A stretch of 61,628 bases of DNA, from positions 1-61,628 of the IMG/VR virus record IMGVR_UViG_3300042195_000088. One strand, given 5' to 3'. The position numbers and the translations under genes are program-made. Source of the DNA: a virus (lineage: Duplodnaviria > Caudoviricetes). Of this stretch, positions 48,915 to 58,038 are shown piece by piece. The notes beneath the pieces are model-generated. The model was given only the letters and a program-made list of their open reading frames with translations. It had not been told where the DNA came from and did no database searches. Every line of letters starts with the position of its first letter. The first letter of the stretch is position 1.

Positions 48915-49385
48915 ATGAACGCCAAGCTCGACCGCCGTTCGATAGCGCCGATCACCGTAGCGGTGCGCCCACGCCCGATCACGATCGGCACTCCGCGAAT
49001 AAGTCGGCTCACGCTCACAGAGAAGCGCTCACTGAACGCGATACTCAACCGGTGGGGCAACTGGATGGAGAAGCACTCGCACTTCGACGGCTATCCCGGC
49101 GTCAACATTCTGGAGGCGTACATCGGCAGCGATGCTGGTGTTCCGGGTCATCGCATTCTGTGCCTTGAAATGCCCATCGACGTCTACACGACCCATCAGC
49201 GAGTGATCCGACTTCCCGAGCAGGAACGAGAAGCGGTGTGGCTTTGGTACGTCCCGCGAGTGAAGGAAAATGGTACACTCTGGAGTGTGGGTGAGCGCTG
49301 CGAAATAGCTGGAATTACAGAAGAAACGTTACGCAAGCGGGTGTCTCGGGCTCGCATGAGAATCGCGGGAGTCGATCCAGAATGA
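48915..49385 (+). CDS. Q-like late antiterminator
   Basis: LNRWGNW N-terminal motif and C-terminal HTH (GITEETLRKRVSRAR); typical position. Confidence 0.65.
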   Translation: MNAKLDRRSIAPITVAVRPRPITIGTPRISRLTLTEKRSLNAILNRWGNWMEKHSHFDGYPGVNILEAYIGSDAGVPGHRILCLEMPIDVYTTHQRVIRLPEQEREAVWLWYVPRVKENGTLWSVGERCEIAGITEETLRKRVSRARMRIAGVDPE

Positions 49386-49861
49386 GCCTTGTCGGTGTGC
49401 CGACGTTCACTTCGGACGGCAGGCTCCGCGGTTCGTACGTCTACATGCTGATGTGTCAGGACGGCGCGCCGATCTACATCAAAATCGGAATGTCAGACGC
49501 GCCGTTGAGGCGGCTCGAGGAATTGCGCAAATCGTGCGCGGTGACACCGAAGATTCTGGCGACGGTTGCGCTGCCATCGAGAAAGATCGCGTTTGCTCTG
49601 GAGACGGACCTGCATGTGGTGATGGCGCCATGGCAGACGGTGGGTGAGTGGTACTCGTACACCGGGGACGACAAGGCTGCTTTCAATGATTCGTGGCAAC
49701 GCGTCTTTGAGAGGTACGCCCGGCCCGGCTGGTCGCTTCGATGGAGCAAGGTTGCTGTGGAGCCCATGAGGAAGCTCGCGGAGAGCAGAAAGCGGCTGTA
49801 TCAGCATCGCTGGGCTACGCGCGGTCGTGCTTATCATGACTTTACGCGTGATGTTCGGTGA
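49382..49861 (+). CDS. GIY-YIG/T5orf172-like protein
   Basis: YVYM...IKIGMS..PLRRLEEL...LE..LH...GEWY. Confidence 0.8.
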   Translation: MSLVGVPTFTSDGRLRGSYVYMLMCQDGAPIYIKIGMSDAPLRRLEELRKSCAVTPKILATVALPSRKIAFALETDLHVVMAPWQTVGEWYSYTGDDKAAFNDSWQRVFERYARPGWSLRWSKVAVEPMRKLAESRKRLYQHRWATRGRAYHDFTRDVR

Positions 49862-49891
49862 ACATCGAGACGAGAGAACCGGAGCGAGTCC

Positions 49892-51260
49892 GTGAACTGG
49901 AGAGATGCTTTGTCTGAATTGCCGCGGCAGAATGGCGAGACGCTGTGCTACGGCCGGGGTCTCGGATATTTCGTCGCGACCTTTTCAGCTTTCCCAGAAG
50001 GCGGTGGAAGCTGGGAAGATGACGGAGGGGAAATCTGGTTCGCGGCGCCAGATCAGATCACGGATTGGTGTGAGATTACGCCACCTGAGCGTCGAGACGA
50101 GAGAACTTCACCGGAGCCCGGCGATGGTCGTTAGACAGCAACCCAAGACGGCAGAGCAGTTCCTGGCTCTTCCCATCCGCAAGCCCGGCCCAACGTCTCG
50201 TGCGTACTGGGCCGAGGAGGATACGATCCTGTCTGCTACCGACGAAAACGGTGTTGATTGGCAGTTGGCCGAGGACGCACAAGGGACATTCCGGAGAACC
50301 ACATGATCCCTATCCTGCTGAACCACGATCACTCACGCGTAATCGGAACCGTGCATCAGGCAGATGGCCGACTGTTTGTCGAGTTCACTGCGGACGTGCC
50401 GGTCACGCAGGAGTTGTTCCTTGAGATGTTCGGCAACCCCGGAGCACGCGTGCTTGAGTCCGAAGAGAAAGACGGGGTCACGCTCATTCGGAAAGCGGAG
50501 ATTCTGGAGTTTTCTTTCTCGCCGATAGTGGCGAGGACATGACGACGAAGAAAAACGCGGAATTGGTTGCCGAGCTTCGGTGGCTATCCGAGCACTACGC
50601 CGGCCAGCCAAAAGCGCTGCTGGAAGAAGCTGCTGCACTGCTGGCGGAAGATTCCGCTCCGGAACTGGCGAAGTCCGGCATGGCCACCGACCCAAGCGGG
50701 GAGCCATTCCAAGTCGAGATCGTTGAAGTAATGCAGGCGTTGGTTGCCTATGAAAAGAGCTTCGGCTTGTGGTGCGAGCATTTCCTGAAGCCGTATCTGC
50801 TGGAAGGCAAGGCGGTGGCGGTGAAGGTCTTGCAGACAACCCCAGTATGAAGTCCATCGAAGACAACTTCACGGATTGGGAAAGCGGAGTGTTTGGCTAT
50901 GGATATGGTACCGGCGAAGAACACACCCTGCGCGCCCTGAAAGACTTCCTTGCAGCGGTCCCGCAGGAGGGTAGTTACGACTACCGAAATCTTGAAGCGG
51001 CTGTGTCTGCGCCGGTTGCATGGCTGTTGATCAGCGTGCTCACGCGTGACGAGAAAATCGAATACGGAACCTCATCGCGCTATGGTTGGCTGACCGAATC
51101 CGGGAAAGCCCTGAAAGAGTTTGTCTCAAGCCGAACGCTGGAGCAGCTTTACGAACTGACTTCGCGAGGCGAGGATTATTGCGAATGCTATCCAGAGCAT
51201 TGCAACTGCGGAGATGGGGACTGTCGGCCTAGCAATCCGTTCTGGGCGAAGCGCGGTTAG
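49892..51260 (+). other. Small hypothetical ORFs (49892-50134 DUF551-like, 50303-50542, 50539-50850, 50847-51260)
   Basis: Coupled ORFs; ITDWCEI ending resembles DUF551. Confidence 0.55.
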
Positions 51261-51293
51261 CTCAAAGACGAGGGATGATTCCGTAATCCCTTG

Positions 51294-51331
51294 TTGCGGC
51301 AGTCACAATTTCGGGTTAGCGTATCTACGCT
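51294..51331 (+). promoter_or_regulatory. pR'-like late promoter
   Basis: TTGCGG-17 bp-TAGCGT, then a second -10-like TACGCT (possible sigma-dependent pause) and a terminator ~30 nt downstream. Confidence 0.55.
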
Positions 51332-51351
51332 ACACAAGCTATCTCTCCCAT

Positions 51352-51380
51352 AAGGCCCGCCATTCGAGCGGGCTTTTTTA
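51352..51380 (+). terminator. tR'-like intrinsic terminator
   Basis: AAGGCCCGC-CATTCGA-GCGGGCTTT followed by a T run. Confidence 0.85.
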
Positions 51381-51393
51381 TTGGAGCCCCCCA

Positions 51394-52437
51394 TTGCGCT
51401 ATCTCCTCACGCTAGCCCTGCTGCTGGCTGCACCCGCGTGGGCGCAGATCACGTACTCGCCTATCGCCAACGGCACGTACCAGCCGCTTCACGGCACGAC
51501 GATTAGCGGCCCGATCAACGTACGCCTGCAGTCCTGCCCGCCTGGCCCGTGGACGTACCGGGTGGACGGGGTATTCCGCAACACAGAGCAGTCCTGCCCG
51601 TTTGATTTGGGCGGGGACAACTTCATGTTGAGCTTGCCGGCCGGCGCGCACACCATCACGGCCACGGGCTCGACCACGCACACGGCGAGCTTCACGGTGG
51701 GTGGCCCGGCGCCGCCTACTGACCCGGTAGCGACGGGCAATGTCCTGCTCGGCTGGAGCGCTCCCACGGCGTGTGCTGACGGTGCGTTGCTGAGCGAGTG
51801 CCCGACATTAGGCTTTGAGATTGAGCAGGCTGCATCGGCTGGTGGTCCGTGGTCCCCGATTCGTACGGTATCCCCCACCAGCACGTCCTATCTGGTCGAA
51901 AATCTCGCGCCGGGCACGTACTTTTGGCGTCTGTACACGATCACGCTGGAGGATCTGCGCAGCGCTCCATCCGAGGTAGCCTCGCGTACGGTCACGGCTC
52001 CCGAGCCTCCGCCGCCCACCTGCACCGCTCCACAGCCCGCCGCGGAAACTCGCACGAACGCATGCGTCGCGCCCGCTGTCGGCACATGGGACCAGACCCG
52101 TACCTACACGACCGCTGCCTATCCCACCTGCTGGAGCGCCGGAGAATGGCTCCCAGCGAGTGCGCCGACGGGTGCGTGCGTCGTGCCGCCGCCCACCGAG
52201 ACATGGCGGGTCGCGGATGCGGCAGCCGGCAGCCGGCCTGTCTTCGAGCCTGTCGCCGACCTCGCAGAGACCGCCACGGTACGCGGGACGGTGCAGGGCC
52301 GGGTGGATGTGGGGGTGGCATGCGGGCAAGAGGTGTTCCGCGTCGGTCGCAACAGTTACCGCTACGTCGATGAGCGTGACGTGGCGCTCGACTCGCCGAC
52401 CTATCGGGGCCGGGAGCACGTCGCGATATGCCGGTGA
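51394..52437 (+). CDS. Signal-peptide protein with Ig-like and fibronectin type III domains
   Basis: TTG start after GGAG; MRYLLTLALLLAAPAWA signal; LGWSAP...YLVENLAPGTYFWRL...SAPSE FN3 pattern. Confidence 0.8.
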   Translation: MRYLLTLALLLAAPAWAQITYSPIANGTYQPLHGTTISGPINVRLQSCPPGPWTYRVDGVFRNTEQSCPFDLGGDNFMLSLPAGAHTITATGSTTHTASFTVGGPAPPTDPVATGNVLLGWSAPTACADGALLSECPTLGFEIEQAASAGGPWSPIRTVSPTSTSYLVENLAPGTYFWRLYTITLEDLRSAPSEVASRTVTAPEPPPPTCTAPQPAAETRTNACVAPAVGTWDQTRTYTTAAYPTCWSAGEWLPASAPTGACVVPPPTETWRVADAAAGSRPVFEPVADLAETATVRGTVQGRVDVGVACGQEVFRVGRNSYRYVDERDVALDSPTYRGREHVAICR

Positions 52438-52718
52438 ACCCAACGCGGATCGCTTTCGGCGTTCCCGGCCTATGCCCCATCACATTCGACAGCGTGAGAA
52501 CACGCCTCAAGGGCTACAAGCCCACTCACATCGTGCCGATGTACGTGAGGGTATCGTGGGGCGAAGTTGTGATCCGCGGCGGCTATCGCTCGATGACCGT
52601 CATCGACGGGCGGGGCCGGTCCATCCCGCGCAAGCCGAAGGGCACCGCAATGGGCCCAGGCTCGGTCAGACTGCCCGGGCCGCGCAAAAACGAGCTGCGT
52701 GAGATGTGGGCGGGTTGA
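52428..52718 (+). CDS. Hypothetical basic protein
   Basis: Overlaps the upstream stop. Confidence 0.45.
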   Translation: MPVNPTRIAFGVPGLCPITFDSVRTRLKGYKPTHIVPMYVRVSWGEVVIRGGYRSMTVIDGRGRSIPRKPKGTAMGPGSVRLPGPRKNELREMWAG

Positions 52719-52760
52719 GTGGGTCTGCTGATGCTTCGCTCGTCCGTTCCGGTGGTCTGA

Positions 52761-53600
52761 GTGGGCTTCTTTCTGATCAGCGGCGCTGGCGGGCAGTCGT
52801 TCGGCGGAGGTGGGGAAGTCTCATCGTTCTTTCATGACGACTTCAGCACTCATCCCGAAGACGCCGCGCCGGTCTCGGTAGGGGCGACCTATGCCGCATT
52901 GGGCTACGTAGCGGGAAACTCAGAGCCCAGTGCTGTCGCGATGCTGGCACGGTCTAGCGTGCATTCAGCGATTCTCGCGGATAGCCGTATCCCGGCCGAG
53001 AAGGATCGCTTTTTCTCGGCTTCCTATCAGAGCGTCGAGCACAACGGACGGCTGCTCGTCGATGTGCGCGGGGCGGATAGCGGCTCGGACCCGCGTGAAA
53101 TCTGGATTTCTCTCTACGAGGGCCGCCCGCCGGGCGAGAACGTATTCTCGGGAGAGAAATGGATTCGTTGCGGGAATTTCGATACCGACTTCGGCGGCGA
53201 CCGCGGCCACGACATTATTTTTTCGTTGGATGCAGATGGTGGCGGCAGCAACTGCAAGACGATCTTTTTTCAGAACTCTGCGAATGCGTTCCAGTGGAAC
53301 CCCGAACCTGAAGTGGGTTTTACCTGGGATGGCTCCAATGAGTTCTTCGAGTTTGGGGTTCGCCTCTCGTCCACGTCGTCCAGTACGGATGGGTGGGGAG
53401 AAGTTTGGAAGGGCGAAACCAAGGTCGACACGTTCAGCAACTTGCGTATGAACGCAGATGCAGGCGACGCGGCGCGCGGCTTTCAGCTAGTCGAGATTGG
53501 CGGCTGGAACAGCGCATCGGGCGGTACCTACCCGATGACGCGAACCATCTCAGCGGTGCGTATCTCGCTCACGAGGCTTGGTCCATGGGCGATTACCTGA
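52761..53600 (+). CDS. Putative lectin/jelly-roll (polysaccharide-lyase-like) virion protein
   Basis: FFHDDFS start, EIWIS...GEKW and DGWGEVW beta-rich pattern. Confidence 0.5.
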   Translation: MGFFLISGAGGQSFGGGGEVSSFFHDDFSTHPEDAAPVSVGATYAALGYVAGNSEPSAVAMLARSSVHSAILADSRIPAEKDRFFSASYQSVEHNGRLLVDVRGADSGSDPREIWISLYEGRPPGENVFSGEKWIRCGNFDTDFGGDRGHDIIFSLDADGGGSNCKTIFFQNSANAFQWNPEPEVGFTWDGSNEFFEFGVRLSSTSSSTDGWGEVWKGETKVDTFSNLRMNADAGDAARGFQLVEIGGWNSASGGTYPMTRTISAVRISLTRLGPWAIT

Positions 53601-54339
53601 CGCCCACCATGAGCTCGTCATTGAAGCGCTTGAGGGTGATTCCGTGAGCCTCACAGGCTTTGCGCACGCTGGCCTCGCAGCCGTGCCCGTGGGTTTCGAT
53701 GACGAGATTGTCGACGACGTCGAGCCACGGACAGGGTGCGGCAAAGAGAGATTCTTCACCACCCTCAATGTCGATCTTGAGCACGCTGATTCGATCGTGA
53801 CCGGTTTCCCTGAGCAACGAGGCGATATCCACGGCCTGCACTTCGGGGATCTCGTGGGCTTCGGCTTCCCGGACGCAACGCCCCCACTCGCGGCCGTCGC
53901 CGCCGGCAAAGTCACCGACCATGAGCCCGGCGGAGCGCCACCAGATGCCCGCACGAAACGGCCGGATGCGAAATCCGTACGGCGTGAGGTTGCAGATCAT
54001 CTGCGCGTAGTTGCCCACGTCGGGTTCGACAGCGACGACCACGGCATGCGGGAAGCGAGTGGCGAAGTATGCCGAACTGAAGCCGACATTCGCTCCGCAG
54101 TCGATGACGAGCTGGGCGCCCCTCACGTGATCGAGGCAGCGGTACTCGCGGTGACTGAATACCTGCCCGAAGGATTCGAGGTCGCTGGTGCCGCGCCGGC
54201 ACTGGAGTGGATAGCGCGCGTGCTTGCTGCGCACGGTGAGCAATTCAGGCGGCGCAAGTCGGTTTCGGATTCTCTGAAATGTGAAGTGCGCCGTAGACAG
54301 CGGGCCGAGATTTCTGAGCACGTCGATGTGACTGAGCAT
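53593..54339 (-). CDS. FkbM family methyltransferase (antisense moron)
   Basis: TSDLESFGQVF..REY, IDCGANVG, VAVEP and LKIDIEGGE motifs. Confidence 0.92.
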   Translation of the reverse strand: MLSHIDVLRNLGPLSTAHFTFQRIRNRLAPPELLTVRSKHARYPLQCRRGTSDLESFGQVFSHREYRCLDHVRGAQLVIDCGANVGFSSAYFATRFPHAVVVAVEPDVGNYAQMICNLTPYGFRIRPFRAGIWWRSAGLMVGDFAGGDGREWGRCVREAEAHEIPEVQAVDIASLLRETGHDRISVLKIDIEGGEESLFAAPCPWLDVVDNLVIETHGHGCEASVRKACEAHGITLKRFNDELMVGVR

Positions 54340-54452
54340 GTGCATCCCTGTCGTTGTTGTTCTGGCGACCATCCTAGCCTGTGTCGCCATTTGGCGGCAA
54401 CCATCGGGAGATTGAGTTAAGTGGGCGCGCAAACTAAAGGCGGAGGCCAAAC

Positions 54453-54683
54453 ATGATTTTCATGCTCGCCGGCAACGAGACGGAGGCCACCGATTATGCC
54501 GCCAGCCACAGCATGGAGGCTGGATCGTGGATTTATCTCGATGTGATGCTTCGGCTGCGCGGCAAAGGATATGGCCCCCAGCACACAATGCTTTTCGTGG
54601 GGGCGTACGCGTCGAACCCGCTTTATGCCGAGGCGCTGTCGTATGCGCAACGCGGGGAATTTGTCATCGAGTACGGGGACTGA
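54453..54683 (+). CDS. Hypothetical protein
   Basis: GGAGG RBS; 76 aa. Confidence 0.6.
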   Translation: MIFMLAGNETEATDYAASHSMEAGSWIYLDVMLRLRGKGYGPQHTMLFVGAYASNPLYAEALSYAQRGEFVIEYGD

Positions 54684-54688
54684 ATTAG

Positions 54689-56260
54689 GTGGCCGGGGCA
54701 TTCGTCGATTACGACGACAACGCACCCGGGACGACCAGTCAGTCGTCTATCGCGCTGTCGGCGAACTACACGCCTGCGGCCGGCAATCTCATCATCATTG
54801 CCGTCTCTTATTTCCGCGGCACTCAAGCCACGGTCAATATGCCATCGGCGTGGGGCACGTTCATCCAAGGCGGCCACTTTTACAACGGCGCTGACGGCGC
54901 CGGCGTCCGCTGGGGGATCTACGAGAACGTCTCGGCTACCGCGAGCGATGCCAACGTCACGTTCAGTGGTGGTGACGTGGATTTCCCTGGCATCCAAGTC
55001 GAGGAATTCTCCGGCCTTCTCACCGCATCTGCGCTTGTCGCCAATCCCACAGGGGTGCGGCAAGCCGCACCGGGAACTGGCGCGGGTGCCATCACGGTAT
55101 CTGCAACGCCCGGTTCGGCACCGGCCATCGTGTGGGGGCTGTCCTACTGCATCGGCAGTGCCGACAATTGGGACACCGCAGTCAGTGATACTGGCCGTCC
55201 GCGCATATGGCCCTATGGCGGTGCTACGTTCTTCGGCAAACCCCAGGACGCCGGAGTCATATCCACGGATGCCAAGGCACTTACGTGGACGACGAACAAC
55301 GGTGATGAGATCTACTACTCCATCGCCATGGCGTTGGCGGAGGCGGCCGAAGAGGGAAACGTCACACTCGATGTTGACGCTGGCGCGATCACCGTCGCAG
55401 GCCAGTCAGTCACCACGGCACACACTGCGGCGCTAACCGGTGGCGCAATCTCCATTGCCGGATCGGACGTCACGCTCAATGCAGGAGCGGACACGGCGCT
55501 CTCAGTAGAGGCTGGCGCCATCTCGATTGCGGGCCAGTCGGTCACGGCGAATCTCACTGAAGCCGTCGGCGCTGGCGCTGTCGAGGTCGCCGGCCAGAGC
55601 GTGACGCTCGATCGCACCGCCGTGCTGAGCGCTGGTGCGATTACTGTCGCAGGCCAGGATCAGCTGTTCGAATACGCGGTGCCGTGGGATGCCGGAGTTG
55701 TTACGGTTGCCGGGCAATCCATCGCTGCGGAACTGACGCAAGCTCTCACGGGTGGCGCGATCTCAATCGGCGGACAGGACGTCGCGCTCGATGCCGGGGA
55801 GAACGTTTCGCTCCCGGTAACCGCTGGCTCTATCTCAATCGCCGGCCAGTCACTTGCATTGCAGATTACGGCCAGCGTGTCCGCGGGCGCCGTGAGTCAC
55901 GCAGGTCAGTCGCTGTCAACGCTGCGACAGATGGCGGTGACTGCCGGCGCGGTGAGCATTTCCGGCCAGGACGTCGCGCTATCAGCAACAGGCGAAACGT
56001 CCCTGCCAGTAACAGGCGGGACTATTACGGTGTCCGGCCAGTCGATGGGCTTTGGCATCAGTTCACCGCTTACTGCTGGCGCCACGGCGATTACCGGGCA
56101 GGCGATTGCATTCACGTATACGGCTGACCTGTTGTCCGGATCGATCCAGATTGCCGGTCAGCTCATAACACTGATTGATTCCGGGGCGCTGCCTCCCCAA
56201 TCCGTGCTTGGGCTCACTGCAACCGTCACTCAGGTTGGCAAAAAGGCCACGCTGCAATGA
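54689..56260 (+). CDS. Repeat-containing fibre/appendage protein
   Basis: N-terminal globular domain plus 13 (A/G)G(A/S)I(S/T)(I/V)AGQ(S/D) repeats with 20- or 24-aa spacing. Confidence 0.7.
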   Translation: MAGAFVDYDDNAPGTTSQSSIALSANYTPAAGNLIIIAVSYFRGTQATVNMPSAWGTFIQGGHFYNGADGAGVRWGIYENVSATASDANVTFSGGDVDFPGIQVEEFSGLLTASALVANPTGVRQAAPGTGAGAITVSATPGSAPAIVWGLSYCIGSADNWDTAVSDTGRPRIWPYGGATFFGKPQDAGVISTDAKALTWTTNNGDEIYYSIAMALAEAAEEGNVTLDVDAGAITVAGQSVTTAHTAALTGGAISIAGSDVTLNAGADTALSVEAGAISIAGQSVTANLTEAVGAGAVEVAGQSVTLDRTAVLSAGAITVAGQDQLFEYAVPWDAGVVTVAGQSIAAELTQALTGGAISIGGQDVALDAGENVSLPVTAGSISIAGQSLALQITASVSAGAVSHAGQSLSTLRQMAVTAGAVSISGQDVALSATGETSLPVTGGTITVSGQSMGFGISSPLTAGATAITGQAIAFTYTADLLSGSIQIAGQLITLIDSGALPPQSVLGLTATVTQVGKKATLQ

Positions 56261-56310
56261 AGACGATCGGGGGCATCCTGCGCCTAATTTCACTGTGAAG
56301 GTGTAATCAC

Positions 56311-56349
56311 ATGGCTACTTTTCAAGTCACCGACGAGTGCGGGCAATAG
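56311..56349 (+). pseudogene. Truncated 5' copy of the 56834 gene
   Basis: MATFQVTDECGQ* versus MATFQVVDECGKYL. Confidence 0.8.
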
Positions 56350-56801
56350 CCGAAAAACCCGTAGGACATGTTGCAGTTGTGGCAGAGCACGCGGAATCCA
56401 TCTGGGAAGCCTTCGCGCTGTAGCCATGCATAGAATCGAGCGCCGAGTCCAGTGACTTCTTTTCGATGTTTATTTCCTCCGCCGTTGATGTGATCGATTG
56501 CCAGAAACTCGTATCGGTGCTCGCCGCAGCAGGCGCATTTTCCGCCATAAACATCGAGAATCCGTTTACGGCGCCGTTCGCGTGATTCGCGGCTCATGCG
56601 CAAATAATGCTCTGGATTTCTAGCGTACTTAGCGCGTCGACGTGAACGACGACGCTGCGCTACTTTCGGATCACGCTGCCATTTGGCATTGGCTGATAGA
56701 CAGCATTGCTTACACCACCATGTGAGCCTGTCTCTCTTGGATTTGTCCTGAAAGAACTGATCCCGAGGCTTCTCGTGCTTGCACTTGGAGCAAGTTTTCA
56801 T
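56322..56801 (-). CDS. HNH endonuclease (antisense insertion)
   Basis: KTCSKC N-terminal finger; YGGKCACCGE...LAIDHINGGG...LCHNCN...YCPH. Confidence 0.9.
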   Translation of the reverse strand: MKTCSKCKHEKPRDQFFQDKSKRDRLTWWCKQCCLSANAKWQRDPKVAQRRRSRRRAKYARNPEHYLRMSRESRERRRKRILDVYGGKCACCGEHRYEFLAIDHINGGGNKHRKEVTGLGARFYAWLQREGFPDGFRVLCHNCNMSYGFFGYCPHSSVT

Positions 56802-56833
56802 GCGCCCAATTATAACTGTGAAGGTGTAATCAC

Positions 56834-57274
56834 ATGGCGACTTTTCAAGTTGTCGATGAATGTGGAAAGTATCTAGGGGATGGCACAATAGATCTCGATA
56901 CCCACAGTTTTAAGGCCGTTTTGTCCAACGTTGCGCCGACCAAGGCCGGCAGCACAGTGTTGGCCGACCTGACGGAGATTGCGAACGGTAACGGCTACAC
57001 TACGGGTGGCGTGACGCTCGCTTCGGTCACGTGGCTCGAGACCGGTGCCGGTACGGGTATCTGGCAGTGGACTGTCGCGGATTTCTCATGGACTGCCTCG
57101 GGCGGGTCGATTGCGCAGTTCCGTTACGTCGCAATCTATGACGACACGCCGACGAGTCCCGCCGATCCTCTGGTCGGGTTCTTGGATTACGGCGCCGCCG
57201 TCGATATCACAGTGGGGAACACCTTCACTGTGGACGTCGGCGCGACGGGCATTTTCCGTACGACAGTTTCTTGA
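56834..57274 (+). CDS. Virion structural protein (fibre subunit-like)
   Basis: IDLDTHSFKAVL, EIANGNGYTTGGVTL, WTASGGSIAQFRY and LVGFLDYG patterns of small phage structural proteins. Confidence 0.7.
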   Translation: MATFQVVDECGKYLGDGTIDLDTHSFKAVLSNVAPTKAGSTVLADLTEIANGNGYTTGGVTLASVTWLETGAGTGIWQWTVADFSWTASGGSIAQFRYVAIYDDTPTSPADPLVGFLDYGAAVDITVGNTFTVDVGATGIFRTTVS

Positions 57275-57278
57275 GGAC

Positions 57279-57521
57279 ATGAACATGGCTACCGAAAAAG
57301 AATTGCTCGCTGCCATCGCCGAGGTCGAAAAACAGGCCGCGCCATTGCGGAAAAAGCGCGAGGCGTTGAACGCGGAGAGCGAAGCGCGTCGACTCGAGGC
57401 CCGCAAACTCTCCACGCAGATCCTTACGATTGAGGATCGCGCGCAAGTGCTGCGCTTTGAGCTCAAGATGCAACTGAAGCGCCAGGGGCGATTGACGCAG
57501 ATGGCGGTTACTCCAAAGTGA
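57279..57521 (+). CDS. Small coiled-coil protein
   Basis: GAGG RBS; heptad pattern. Confidence 0.55.
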   Translation: MNMATEKELLAAIAEVEKQAAPLRKKREALNAESEARRLEARKLSTQILTIEDRAQVLRFELKMQLKRQGRLTQMAVTPK

Positions 57522-57536
57522 GAACTTGGCTGCGAT

Positions 57537-57692
57537 ATGGCTGCCATCACTGAGATCAGGAAAATGGAATCGGTTGTCGTCAATCTGACCGTCACGCGCG
57601 AATTCATGCTGCGGGTATGGATTGCCACGCAGCTTTTCAGGCTGGGGGCTTTGGTTCTGGGCGGCCGCGTCGAAATAAACGAGCAGGATTGA
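57537..57692 (+). CDS. 51-aa hypothetical protein (not in ORF track)
   Basis: MAAITEIRKM...RVWIATQLFRLGALVLGGRVEINEQD fills the gap exactly. Confidence 0.5.
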   Translation: MAAITEIRKMESVVVNLTVTREFMLRVWIATQLFRLGALVLGGRVEINEQD

Positions 57693-57693
57693 C

Positions 57694-58038
57694 ATGCTCA
57701 GCGCTGCGCTCAGTCTCGGCTATCTTGCTGGCGACAGCATCGAGCTTGATTTCGCCGTTACCGACGAAGCCGGAGAGGTGGCCAACCTCACGGGAGACAC
57801 CGTGCAGTTTGCCATTGCCAATCGCGCAGGTGACGTCATTCTCGGCACAGAAGATGGAAGCGCTACGGTGACTATCACGGATGCGCCCGGCGGCCTTTTC
57901 TCAATCTCGGTCGCTCCGCAACTTACTGTGGACTTGCTTGGCACCTATCGGTTCCAGGTGCGGCTCGTGGATGTGAGCGGAAATGCGGCAACAGTTGCGT
58001 TTGGCTTCCTATCGTTCAAGAAGAACCTGCTTTCATGA
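57694..58038 (+). CDS. BppU N-terminal-like Ig-fold structural protein
   Basis: AGDSIELDFAVTD...NLTG...ITDAPGG...GTYRFQV pattern. Confidence 0.65.
   Translation: MLSAALSLGYLAGDSIELDFAVTDEAGEVANLTGDTVQFAIANRAGDVILGTEDGSATVTITDAPGGLFSISVAPQLTVDLLGTYRFQVRLVDVSGNAATVAFGFLSFKKNLLS

Larger units (their letters stand above)
56292..56850 (+). repeat. Direct repeat (56292-56327 / 56815-56850) flanking the HNH gene
   Basis: ACTGTGAAGGTGTAATCACATGGC(T/G)ACTTTTCAAGT, 35 of 36 positions identical. Confidence 0.95.

Noticed and set aside
53578-54420. 280-aa plus-strand ORF
   Set aside because: Shadow of the FkbM gene, with no motifs and not coupled to the downstream gene.
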